Origin: the human T2T-CHM13v2.0 reference genome, Homo sapiens
DNA length: 64,000 bases
NCBI RefSeq assembly: GCF_009914755.1
Contig: NC_060935.1
Strand: one strand, 5' to 3'
Shown: positions 30,613-42,904 of the stretch, piece after piece
Layout of the letters: each line of letters starts with the position of its first letter
Numbering within the stretch: position 1 is the stretch's first letter
Notes under the pieces: model-generated
The model's input: the letters and a program-made list of their open reading frames with translations, nothing else
Database searches by the model: none
Told to the model about the DNA's origin: nothing
Position numbers and translations under genes: made by a program

Positions 30613-30784
30613 ATTTTTTTTTTATTTCAATAGGTTTTTGTGGAACAGGCAGTGTTTGGTTACACGCATAAGTTCCTTAGTGGTGATTTCTGAGATGTTG
30701 GTGCACCCATCACCCAAGCAGGTGCACTGGACCCAGTGTGTAGCCTTTTACCCCTCACTCCCCTCCCACCCGTTCCCCCAAGTC
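30613..30784 (-). mobile_element. L1PB1-like 3' end
   Basis: 'tttcaataggtttttgtggaacagg...ggtgatttctgagatgttggtgcacccatcaccc'; TSD-like TCTG(C/T)ATTTTT on both sides. Confidence 0.75.
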
Positions 30785-32559
30785 TGTATTTTTGTTTGCT
30801 AAACCTGGCAACGTCAACCCGGAAAGATGTTGGACTTTTCACTACTATTGTTCCTTTTAGGCCAATCTGCACCTCCACGTTCCAAGGTATCTGGCTGGAA
30901 TCATTAATTTTTCACGTTTCTGGAGTTCTGTGGTAAAAGTCAGACTGCATCTGGCCGTTCTTGCCACCCGCCAACATAGGTTTCAGTTTTCTCTTAATAG
31001 TCAGCTAACATTTCTAGTTTGCTTCCAGAGTCTCAGGTAGTGCTATTGTTTCCTCTTATTTCCTCTGTACTTGAGGGTTCATACTTTAAGAACGAACAAA
31101 CAAACAAACAAACTCTTTACTTGCATTTTGGTGGGATCTCCTGTGTTCTTTAATTCACTATGTGTAGTCAAGAATATTCAATTATATTATTTTTAAATGT
31201 GTGAGTAATAAGTTGTGATGAAGATCATTTGCTGTCTGGTTAAACAAAGCAGTTTAACCACATGCGTTTCTCTTCCCCTTCTTCCCTTTCTCCCTAAACC
31301 CCACTACCCGATGCCAAAATTTTTTTAAGGGTAACAATTATAGGAGAACAAGTTTCAACTAGTTTTTTGGAAGACAGAACAAATTAACTGACTGTCAAGG
31401 ACTGAGAGGACAGAGGGAGCTCCAGCTGAGCACCCGCACATGAATACTGTCAAAGAACAGCCCATTTGCCCACCCCACCCTAACTCTGCTTGTCCAGTGG
31501 AAACACCAGGTGTCTTGGCAGTGGGAGATGATAGGCTGAACTGACAACAGGCTCCCTAGTTTAAGGTCCTTGTACTGGAAAGCCCCTCAGAGACCTTCCC
31601 ATGTGCTGCGTGTCCAGATGATGCTCCCTTCACCCCACCCCACCCTGATGCAGGAATGATTATTCTCTGGAGATACAGAAATGGAAATGGAAAGGACTTA
31701 TCATGTGCATCAACACAGAAGACAGCATGAGTGAGGTATGAGGCCCAAAGTAGGGAGACGGATTGAGAAATACCTACAGAGAGAACCTCAGGGCCCTTCC
31801 CTGATCTGGCTTCCAGAATTCTGCCAGGCATGTATCTTCCCATCTCAACCACACCCCTCATATAAGGGATTAGGAGATTCCCTGGAGACATAATAGCCCA
31901 GAGCAAAGATCTCCCTCCATGTACTGACAGTGACAGGTCTCCGAATAAAAAGGACAATTATTATTCATTGTATTTTAGTGCCCCCAGAACTCAAGAGGCC
32001 CACATGTATCTACACAGAAATTCCAGTCTGCCTTTTGTGGCCTTGCTCTTTAATATGAACAGACTTTAATGTGAACAAACATGCATTGCCAGACTTCAGA
32101 CCTTTGAAGAAAATCTTTGACTACAAGAAAAAGGGAGAAAAGGAACTAAGAGAAAAATGAAACAATACAGAGAGCACATGCACACAAATCCCCTTCAAAA
32201 CATCGTGATTAGTGTTTCCTCAGAACAAATCGAAAATACTGAATCCATCACAAGAGGCAGAGTGCTGTTAAATGAAATAATCAAACCAGAAAGAGAAGTT
32301 GTAAATATAACTAAAGTAAGAATAAAAGGTGGAAATATAAAATTAAGAAAATCTCCCAGAAAGTGAAACAAATTAAAAGAAGAATAGTAGAAAGATAATA
32401 AAAATAAACTAAGGATAAATAGAGTCCAACATTCAACTAGGAGTCCAAGAAAAATAAAACAGACAAAAATTACCAAAGAAATAATGTGAGAAAATTCTCA
32501 GAATGGAAGGATGCTTGTGAGTCTCCAGAGCTCTTGAGTGCTCAGCATAATAAATCATG

Positions 32560-32680
32560 CCCACACACAGGCATGCACACACGTGCACACATGCGCACAC
32601 ATATACACACGTGCACACACATATACACACATGCACACAGACAAGCACACACGTGCACACACATGCACACACACACACAC
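32560..32680. repeat. Degenerate (CA)n/(CACACGTG) microsatellite
   Basis: Seen directly. Confidence 0.9.
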
Positions 32681-32899
32681 GGGGACATAAGAATATTATT
32701 TTGAAACTTCCAAACAATGGGGCAATAGGAGAGAAGAAAAATATGGAACATCACACCAAAGAGCTTGGATAGAATAGTGACAGATATTTTTTTATCAGCT
32801 ATCTGATTTGGGATGATGATAATGTCTTCAAAATCCTGCGGGAAAATAATTCCCAATCTAGAAGTCTATATCCAGCCCAAACAGCTCTTGATGTTTAGA

Positions 32900-33030
32900 G
32901 AACTGATTCTCAAATCTTTATGTGTAACAAGTCACCTGCAGGTGGCGCTCGACACTCCACGTCTCCTGCAGACTCCCTGGTGATGCCAGTGCTGCCTGCC
33001 AGTGACCTACGCTTTGAGTAGCAAGGTTTT
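32900..33030 (+). mobile_element. MER5-like hAT fragment inside HAL1
   Basis: 'tgattctcaaatcttt...gtcacctg' and 'ctccctggtgatgccagtgctgc...acgctttgagtagcaagg'. Confidence 0.55.
32935..32948 (+). promoter_or_regulatory. Candidate CTCF motif
   Basis: CCTGCAGGTGGCGC matches 13/14 of CCASYAGRKGGCRS; several CpGs retained nearby. Confidence 0.45.
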
Positions 33031-35611
33031 AGGAGATGCCTGAAAAAACTAAGGGATTAAACCGATAAGAAGAAGCCAAATAATCTTGGAAACAGGTGAA
33101 TAAACACCAAGGGAAAACCCAAGATTATGGATATGCAGAAAGACTAGAGCTATCAGTTCAGACTTCAGGAGATGGAGGGAGACGGATGTAGTTTTTCACA
33201 GAAAAGCACCAAGAAACTGACATTTTCAGAGATGTGGGAAGGAAAGTATTTTCAAATACTAGAGAGATATGGAGAAGCTAGAAAAATAAAACAGCCTCAG
33301 GTGAACAGAAAATACACACATTTAAAAAGACATGGCAGTTATTAATTCTAGGGAAAACAAAGCAGTTGTACAAGAAATAAAACATGTTCACAGGACAACA
33401 TGTGGCTCAGTATTAAACTGTGAGTGTGAGTCATTATTCCAATCCAAATTTCTGCTAGTTAACAGGAGGTTGCTAGAAACTGCAGAGTACATATTGGTGG
33501 GTAACTAGTGTAAATGAAAATAAGTAGAGTCTATCTAAAATTAGTAAAACATGAAACAGCAATGTAAGCACATTTGTTTAAAAAATAGGGAAAAAAAGAA
33601 GTGACTGATTCCTTTGAAAGAGGCTGCTTCTGGGGAGGAGAAGGAGATTGTGAGGGAGTAAGGCAAGGAGGGGTACTGATTTGGCATACACCTTTCAGTA
33701 TTATATGACTTCAAATGTCCTGTGTGTATGACTTTGACAAAAATTGAGTGTGTGGGTGTGCACATGTGTAGTTCTATTGTGATGGTAGGAAAAATGGAAA
33801 AATGTGATTTTTGTGTTCATCCCACTGGATTGTGGCACTGTAGCTAATTCCATCATTTGTTACTCTTTGAAGCTGCCTGCAGGCTTGGGGAACTAGACAC
33901 TGAAAACTCAGTGCCCATTCATTGCTGAGTCTGATGAGTTTGCTCTTCGCGTTCCATTCATCTCCACCAGCAGGCAGACCTCTGGCCCCACAGGCCCAGG
34001 CAAGGAGATCAAATCAGAAATGGCAACCTGATCTCGCCTGTGTCCTTTATTCATTCTGACAAGCCACAAGAAAAGGTCAGCTGGTACCTTTTAACAGGCC
34101 AGTAGCTAGATCCAGGAGAGAGGATTTTTATCAGTGAGAAAAAAAAAAAAATGCTGCTGTTCTGCAAAACTCCAAAAGTAAACAAAGACATTTTCTTTAT
34201 AAACCATTTAGAAAACGATATGGCAAGTTTGGAGCAAAAGAGACTCTGTGCGTTTTGCCAAGGAACTGAGCCTCTTTTGGGGTTGCTTTCAGATTTCCCA
34301 GCCATAACCACTTCATGTCAAGTCCTGTGCAGCCATTCTCAGATATACACACTACGTAAGGAAGAAATGCATTGAAGTAGATAATCCCAAGTACCTCTTA
34401 ACCTTCAAATAATCATTTAAAATTTCATTTAAAATTCACTTATTTTTCCAAAGGATTTCCTTTTTTTTTTTTTTTTTTTTGCCTGGACTAATGTTTGTTG
34501 GAATACCCTGAATGTATGCCTCCTTGACTGCTTGTGTAGCTAATAGCATGGGAATATGCACAGTTCAGTTCAGAAATCTGTTGAAAATGAGAAAGAAGGA
34601 AAACTAGCCTTGGCTTGCTAATTTGCTATCGCTAATTCATAAGCCACACATGAATGCCCATTCATAAATCACCTCTGTCTCTGCAATGCAGAGAAGTCTA
34701 ATTAAGATCAGACTTCAGGTGAATCAATAGTTCCAATGTTTTAGAATCCTCTATATTAACCAAATGTTTAAAAAATCAGTTGTCCTTTGAATTTATTCAC
34801 CCCCTCCATTCTTTCATTCATTCATCTATTCCTTCATTTCTTCATGCATTCTACATTTATTTATTTATTCAACAAATACATAATGAGCACTATATATCCC
34901 AGGATCTATGCTGGTTACAGGGAAAATAAGGAGTAAGTAAGTCATGAATAATCCTTTCCTTTGTGAATGAAGCTTATAGGCTAGTCTAGAGCATTAAGCA
35001 CAAGATTCATCTGGTGAGCTTATTATAATGCATATTCCTAGGTTCTATCTCTGTAGGTTCTAGGCGGTAGATGTGGGTTGAACATAGAAATGCATTCTAA
35101 GGGGAGACTGAGGAAAACAATCCCACAACCTCACTTTGCAAATCACTGGGGACAGAATTTCAAATATCAGAATTCCAAATATCAGTGTAGAAGAGGTCAT
35201 GAACTACGTGGCAGTTGGTCTCAAGGAGAGTCCTATAGACATATGACACCATTTGTACATAATTGTCCCACTGCTGCTATTCTCTCTACTGCTGAACTAG
35301 CTGAGGCCAGTGTTCTGGAGCAGTTGTTTGAGCTCTCATGGGTGCTCCAGAAGCCCAAAGAGTATGTTAAGAATGGTGTTTCATGGGTCTACATAAGCTA
35401 CAGCTGCTACTATAGCATAGCAGCAGCAGTTAGACTCTGCTAGCAGGGGCTGCCAGTGCTGAGACTACTGCTATATCAAAGCAATCTAACCAGACGGTAG
35501 ATGACAATACCATTTGAAGGCGGGGGTAACACTACCATTTGAAGTGTACTTCCCATTGAGTTCCCTGTGGATCTCTGCAGAACAAACACCAGAAATGTAT
35601 TGACTGAAACA

Positions 35612-35806
35612 GAGGTTCCCCAACTTCAGCAGGGATCAGAATCACCTGGAGGGCTTGTTAAAATCAGATTTCTGGCCCATGTCTCCCAAATACTTGAGTC
35701 AGTAATTCTAGGGGTCAGCGTGGGGGTTCTGAGAAGCGGTAGTTCCAACAAGTTCCCAGGTGATCCTTGTTGCTGGTCTGGAACCCACACCTTAAGGATT
35801 GTGGTG
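35612..35806 (+). mobile_element. MER5A (hAT-Charlie)
   Basis: 'atcagaatcacctggagggcttgttaaaa...aacaagttcccaggtgat...tgctggtctggaacccacac'. Confidence 0.75.
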
Positions 35807-36944
35807 CTAGCATGACTAGGAAGTCATGCACGTTAACAGAGTCGGCTTCAAGGTGCTTCCAACCACGGCTCTTTGAAAAAGACCTGCCTAGATGCAAATG
35901 ATTGTAGAGTCTGGAAATGCCATTTGCAAAAATAAATAATAAACAAATGAATAAATATCATGTACTATTTGCAAAAATGATACTACTTTCTTCAGGAAGG
36001 GGAGGCAGAGGCAAAATTATAAAGCTCACATTCCTTGCATTTGCTTTTTCTTTTTCCAGTACAGGACCTTGCAGGTTGGGAACTATTTATCACCATTTTG
36101 AGCAAAACCAGTAGGTGCAGGTCTTTTTCTACCCCTCAACTGAATATGAAATTATACTTGGAATTAAACTATACTGCAAGTTTGATATGTCTTTTTACTT
36201 TCCTGTTTCTTTTGCTTTTTAGTTTTTAAAAGAGTAATAAAATAACTTTAATAATAAACCCAACCCTGACTCATTTTTAACAGCTAAATAATTTTATTTC
36301 CTAATTATAAAAGTAGCAAATGCTCATTTTTGGAATATATAGAAAGTTATAAGTAAGCTATGTTTTCACTTAAATATTTGATATATCTGAGAAGAATATT
36401 CCTGCATATGACATTACGTCATAAGCATTTTCTCATAGCATTAAACTATTCCTTGGAGAAAGTAATCTATTCATAAAGTATAAGAAGAAAAATATGGCTG
36501 CCAAAAATATAGTTGTATCTGTGGAGGGGAGACAAGGTAAAGTTGTAGATAGAAGTTAGCTTTTATTGTTTAATCAAGTTCTACAACAAGACATTCAGAG
36601 ATGGGAACAGAACACAAAGTGCAATTTCCAAAAGAAAAGTTGTCCTAAGCTGTCACAGCAATGCAAACAATTACTTTTCATCTACCTACAGCTCCTAGAT
36701 GAATTAATAAACGAATCTCCCTACTCTTAGTCTAACTTTTGCTGCTCTGTTAGTGTGTAAATATTACATAGCTACCTCTTTCTATCCTAAAGATGTCTTT
36801 TCAACCACACATCTTTACCCAATAAATATATAGCATGTTAATACCAAACACTACTTTTTTAACACCTTGTGAAACCACGAATCAAGCCGTTATTTGAGCT
36901 AGTCAAATAAAATATCTCTCTTTAATTAATCGAGATACCCTTTG

Positions 36945-37285
36945 TTAGTGATTCTCAAATTTGGCTGCGCAGCAAAAACACAAGGGAGTTTTTAAAAAAT
37001 TGCTAAAGCCAAGAACCCATCCCTCGGGGATTCTATTTTAAACAGTAGGAGGGGGTGAGAATGAGAGATATCTGGACTAGCATCATAGGCCTCACCTGGG
37101 AATTCGTTTATAAATTTAAACTCTCAAGCTCCATTCTGGATCCAAAGAATCCGAAACCCGGGGTGGGACACAGCCATCTGTGTTTTAACAACCCCCTTTA
37201 AGGCTCGTTAAAGCACAGATGGCTGCGTCCCACCCAAGGTTTCATGTGATTCAGATGCCCACTAACGTTTAAGGGCTGTGGCCTT
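36945..37285. mobile_element. MER5-family fragments; the second (minus) contains an internal inverted duplication
   Basis: 'gtgattctcaaatttggctgc' terminus; 'tcacctgggaattcgtt...atctgtgttttaacaa...gtgattcagatgc'. Confidence 0.65.
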
Positions 37286-37384
37286 AGGCCATCAAGGCAT
37301 TTAGATACATTTTAAAAAGGCCAAAGTATTTGTTTGACTACAAATTATCATTAACCACTTAACAGTTAAGAGCATTGACTTTGA

Positions 37385-37669
37385 GGCCAGGTGCAGTGGC
37401 TCACACCTGTAATCTTAGCACTTTAGGAGGCTGGGGTAGGAAGTGGAACGATTCCTTGAGGTCAGGAGTTCAAGGCCAGCCTGCGCAGCACAGCAAGACC
37501 CCCATCTCTACAAAAAAAGGAAAAAGAAAAAAGAAAGAAAATTAATTGGGCATGGTGGCGTCTGCTTGAGCCCACCAGGAGGTTGAACATGCAGTAAGCT
37601 ATGATCACACCACTGTACTCTCTAGCCTGGGTAACAGAGTGAGAACCTGTCTCAAAGAAGAAAGCAAAA
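37385..37669 (+). mobile_element. AluJ with right-arm internal deletion
   Basis: J-type 'gcaagaccccc', 'aagctatgatc'; TSD AGCATTGACTTTG at 37371-37383 and 37670-37682. Confidence 0.85.
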
Positions 37670-37685
37670 AGCATTGACTTTGCAT

Positions 37686-37890
37686 GAGGACTGGTACTGA
37701 TTGAGTGTTTTACATGACTTTATATTGATTCTCTCATTAATCCACCAAGGAGGTACTATTATTCCAGTTATTTCAATGAGAAAAGAGATGCAGAAGTAAA
37801 AGTTATTTTCCAAGTGCAGACAGCTGCTAAGCGATGGATTTAGGATTTAAATGTGAGCAGTCTAATTCTAAAAACTCAAGCTCTAAGCCT
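37686..37890 (-). mobile_element. MIR SINE
   Basis: 'gaggtactattattccagttatttcaatgagaaaagagatgcagaag...ggatttaaatgtgagcagtct'. Confidence 0.55.
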
Positions 37891-40800
37891 AACGATAGCA
37901 TCAAAAGGACTCTAAATATATGCCCCAACTCTGCCCACATTTTGACAATAGTTACCTGACCTCCACACTATCAAAACGTTAATTGTGGTTTAAATACATA
38001 ACCCTTTTAAGTAACAGCCTTCATCAGCAAAAGTAATGCCTTCATCAGCAAACTTTAGAGGTCTCTCCAGGCAGGGTGTTCTTGCCATTTGGAGTTCTTG
38101 GTCAGTGTAACTGGAAATTAGAGGTGTCTTTGTGAAAGGGAAAAACAACCTGAAGTTCTGATGGAATGACTTCCACCTAGGCCATGCATACTTTTGGCAG
38201 GGTCAAAATACTCTGGAACTGGAGCCCTTTGCATTTCAGTCCTATGTCACTTAAAGTTCTCACACAGACTTGACCTTGGTTTCTGGACTCGAACTTGGAT
38301 CTTTGGCTTATGAGCTGGTGCAGTGTTGTCCTAGATAGCTCTGAAGAGATCTGGGTAGTAATCCTTTTGATTCCATAAGTGATATAACGTATGAGAAAGT
38401 CCCTTGTAAGTAGGAAGCTCTATATAACCACAAGGCATTACCATAAAGAACAAAAGAACATGCACCACAAGGGAGAGACTTAAGCAATTAGGAAAGCAAA
38501 GGAGTTTGGCTTATTTAAAGAAAGACAGATTCTCTACAAAATAACTTCAGGTGATGAGATGGACTCTTTCCATCTCCTTTTTGGCAAGGCACAGCGCACT
38601 ATTGAGATCATCCTGTATCTTCGGGTCTCGGTTCAAGTTCTGTCCTTGATGTTAACATTTTTATAAATGGATTTGACAAGCCTTCGCTCTTTCTCTGATT
38701 TTCTGAGCTACACACTGCAGTAAAACATTGTTGTCCTATATCTACAATTTTCTCCCCAGAAAAATCCCTAAGTGGGCTTTTTTCCTTAGTATCATTTCCT
38801 CCTTTTTTATGACCTAGAAGCACATTCTCCTCCTTACCGACTCAAGAGGCCCATCTCTGTCCTCTCATGGGCTTGTGAGCTGCTTCTGGCCCCCACTGGA
38901 CTGTGTCCTGCTGTGATCTCTATTTAGACCTGGCTCACCTGGGGCTTTCAATGAGCCAGTGGTTTTCTTACTAGTGGGATACTTTGTGCTTAGCCCAGAG
39001 AATTGCTTTCCAACAATTCCTTCACGAACAAATCCTTAAAACTACAGTTAAAAAAAAAAAAGAAAAAAAATGGCTATGGTAATTCCAGAATATAAAAAGA
39101 AATGACTATACAATTTAAAGCTAAATTGGGAAAATGATCCAGAAGTGTGTCCATCCAGAGATAATTCTGTTTTGCTGTCATCAGAATTCACCTCGAGCTT
39201 TATCTTAATTTTCCATCTAGGCTTGCTTTTTTTTTTTATTGTAGAGGTCCAATCAATATCAGCCTTTTATTGTATCTCAGAGCCATGCTATAATAGATTA
39301 CTGAAAAGAATCAAAGAATATTATTATCAGCCCAATACTTGTATTAAATCCTTATAATGAATAATATAGTCACGAGAAATGCCATGATAATTTCCGCTCA
39401 AGGTGAAAAAATGAAAAAAAGCAAATTTTGCAAAACCATCCTGTTCTTTGAAGGTCAAGGCTAGACAGATTGCATCCCATATCCTTCCAGGGTAAACGCT
39501 GATCCTTGACTAGATACCTGGTTGCGTGTATGTCAACCTGGCAAAGGGTTAGATCACTTGCTTGTGTATGTAACACAATGAAATATAGAAGCTTGCTTTC
39601 TTTGAAACTGTAAAGCTTTAATTTTATAAATGGATCACTTGCAAATTTCAATTATTCATGTGAAATAATTCGTCATTAAGGCCTCTCCCAAGAGGAGCAA
39701 GGGATAGAATGGCCACAGCCCTTTATCTAAGGGAGCTGCAAACTTGCACTAGAAAAGAAAAATCAGGCAGCCTAAACAGAGAAGATGGGCAAAGTCTCTC
39801 TCTTCTTCTAATGTCTTTGCTTTTGATCGAATTCAGTTTGTGTGTTTAAAACAAAATCTACCCCTAGATTCCCTCTCTGCTTTTCTATGGCAGCAGAAAG
39901 AGATGCAGTCACTATGGACACTGAACATGTCAGGTGCTGGCTGAAGAGAATTCTGACTTCTCAAACAAGTGACTGGATTAAAGACAGAATATGTTTTTGT
40001 TTTTGTTGCCCCTGTCAGCTTTTTACCCAGATTGCTTTTTTGTTTTCATCTCACATTTTGCCTTTTTGGCCTTGGCATTCCTTAGTTCTTCGTTCAATGG
40101 CCAATCCTTGGCCATTACCTCTCACTTGCCTGATAATGAGCTAGCCTTGGGAACTTCCACCCCTCTTTTCCTGGTGTTGCAGCACTCTAGTTCACCCACT
40201 ATTTTTTGGCCATATCTTTCCTGAGCCAGGGTCAACAGCTCAAATATAGGAATGAATGATTTCTGCTGGTGCACCAAGTCAGATTGGTGACACCTTCTCT
40301 TGTCCTATGGCTGGAATTCATAAGCAGGGTAAAGGAACTACAAATCAGCACCTGTTTACCCTGCTTCATAGTGTATTCAGATGGAATTTTCTTTCTAAAC
40401 AGACAGCAAATGTATTTGGGTTAAAAACTCAGACATTAGAATGAGGAATTGTGTTTGCATAAAGACAGAGAGACAGGTTTTGATACTAAAGAAATATTAG
40501 GGAACTAGGCTTTCATTGAACAATGATGATATAAACCCTCCCATGACCTTTATGCTTTAAGTCCGTTCCATCTTTTCAGAATGTACTTTGGGATCTCTCA
40601 TCTTTATTCCTTCCCATGCTGCAGGTGCAGCATGGAGGCTGCTGCTGGGAGCAGCGTGGTCTTCCTCATTCCTCCTTTGAAGTAAAGGCTCAGCCTGGAA
40701 AGAGGAGCTATGCTTAGGCTGCTTATGCTAGTTTTAAATCTAGGCTTTGAACATTAAAAACAAGCTTTCTGGTATTGCTTGAGGTCCAGTCTAGATCACT

Positions 40801-41015
40801 TCTAAAAATCACATGGGAAGGGGCCTAAAGCCCTGCAAAGAAATTAAGTAGAAGTTAAGGAATAGTCATTTGCTTGGTGTATCCCTCTGTGAGCTCAATT
40901 CACCAAGGGGAACTGAGACAATAGCAGAGAACTAGTGAATGTTAGCGGTTTCTTTACCCTGGCCTGGATTTCATCTATCCTGTCTAGTTGGAAACAAGTG
41001 ATAGCATGGTAGCAG

Positions 41016-41048
<33 letters not shown>

Positions 41049-42904
41049 AAGAAACAAACAAACAAAAAACAATTTCTTCTAATAGCCAGAGATCCTCTTT
41101 CTAGTTTAGACCTCATCATTTGCTAAACAAGTCACTTTGAGGAAATCAGTTGTTTCCACTCTAAGTGTCACGGTTACCAAATAAGGATAATGATGTCCTG
41201 TTGGAATTGTTGTTCAAATGCAACAAAGAATGTAAAAATAGTCAGGAAATGTAAGGTACTGAAAATTACTAAGAATGGCGGGTTTTATTTGACAACAATG
41301 TGTCTTTCCTATTAGATGATAAATCTCCTTGAGAGAAAGTATTTGCTTGATACTTGTTTGCACCCCATAGAGGGATGGGGAGGTCTGGGGGTAGGCTGGT
41401 CCAGCACCATAACATCATAAGGTAACATTCAATAATTACGTGTAGATGGATTGCCCATCTTCATGCTCTTGCTGAATGGGAATATACTCAATATTGTGTT
41501 TTTACTTAAGGAGGAAAATTTCAGGCAATTATTTAACAAGATGATCAGGTTGATGCCAGAATTTCAGCTGTCAGCTTCATCTTCCTTCTAAACTAAAAAT
41601 GACATCCTCCCTTCTTTTCTTGAACTAAGTTTTCTGCAGACTGTTAGAGCAACTCCAGGGGGTGTGGTTATAATGAGGCGTTGCCTCCCTGGGGCCTCAG
41701 GCATTGGTTCTGTGCTCAAGCTTTACCCCCTGGGTATGATTCCATCTTCATAACTTCCTCCTCTTCTCTACTCAGCCCCATCCCAACAGTTCAGACATTC
41801 TCACCACTTACTCATTTAAATAAAATAACACATTTTAAATGATTGCAAAATTACAAGTTAATTATGTCTTATATTTTGTAAATGCAATTGTTTCAGGCAC
41901 TTTAATCCCAGCCTTTCTTGGGAATATTAGATTCGATGCTGCTGTCCTCAGTTCTGCCTCTGAGGTAGCAGGCTCAGTAATCAGCAAGCCTACTGGAGAG
42001 CCCAGTGCCAACAGAGGATGCAATTCAATTAGCTCAAATCTTTTTGAGTTTTACAGCCTAAGTGGAGGAGACAAATCCCAGGAGCCCCTCTCAGGAAATC
42101 AGGATATGCGCAATGATGCAAGAAGCCTGAGATTTCCAGGGTCACTTTTTGATTACTGTTTAGTATGAGGTGCAAATAACTTTGAAGAAATGAAACCCCC
42201 GAGTACACTTACTAAGTGTAGGATGATCAGGCCCCCTACAATGGTGGTTGATACATGGTCTACATAGGTCGCTGTAAGAATATTGCTAATTCCACGGGGA
42301 AATTTGTCTAGAATCAGTTGAAAGAGGGATTGCCCACCTTCATGCTTTTGCCTATTTTCTGATTTCTAACATTACCAAAACTGAACTAAATGCACAGGTA
42401 TTTGAAGAACTTCCTAGTTTTCTTTAAAAATGATGACACTTTGGAAAGCTTTAGCATACTTTCCAACTAGTAAGCAACACTTTTTAGTTCTTACAAAGCA
42501 CTCCATAGTAAGCTAGGCGTGTTGTGGGTATCTTTAAATTAGGTAGTCAATGACCTACACCATTTGAAAAAAAAAAAACAAAAGGAAAACAATGAATGAA
42601 GGCCAAAAACACCATGACCATGAAATGTTACAAACCCCCTTTGCCCAATAATAAGGATTGTTATTATTTCATTTTTTAAAGTTATTGCACACTCCCTCTC
42701 TTACAGCACTTAATATGTAATAGACACTCAACGACTGTTGGATAAACATATGAGTAAATGATAAATAGTGTGGGGCAAACTAAAAGTACTCAACAAGATA
42801 AGAGCTGAAGGAAATGATTGGTACCCAAAGTAGAATAGTATATCCAGGAGTTGGTAGAGACCTGGCAGAACATCATGATATTGCTACTTTAAAAAAAAAA
42901 ACAC

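Larger units (their letters stand above)
31232..33745 (+). mobile_element. HAL1-like element, near full length
   Basis: 5' motif 'tctggttaaac...cacatgcgttt...aaaccccacta'; ORF1-like 'aatgtcttcaaaatcctgcgggaaaataattcccaatctagaagtctatatccagc'; HAL1-type 3' end 'ctgcttctggggagga...tgtatgactttgacaaaaatt'. Confidence 0.6.

Noticed and set aside
32433-32856. Cys/Val- and His/Thr-rich ORFs
   Set aside because: Translations of a CA/TG microsatellite.
35504-35544. ACA(A/C)TACCATTTGAAG direct repeat, CRISPR-like at a glance
   Set aside because: Only two copies 9 bp apart in a primate genome; a local duplication.
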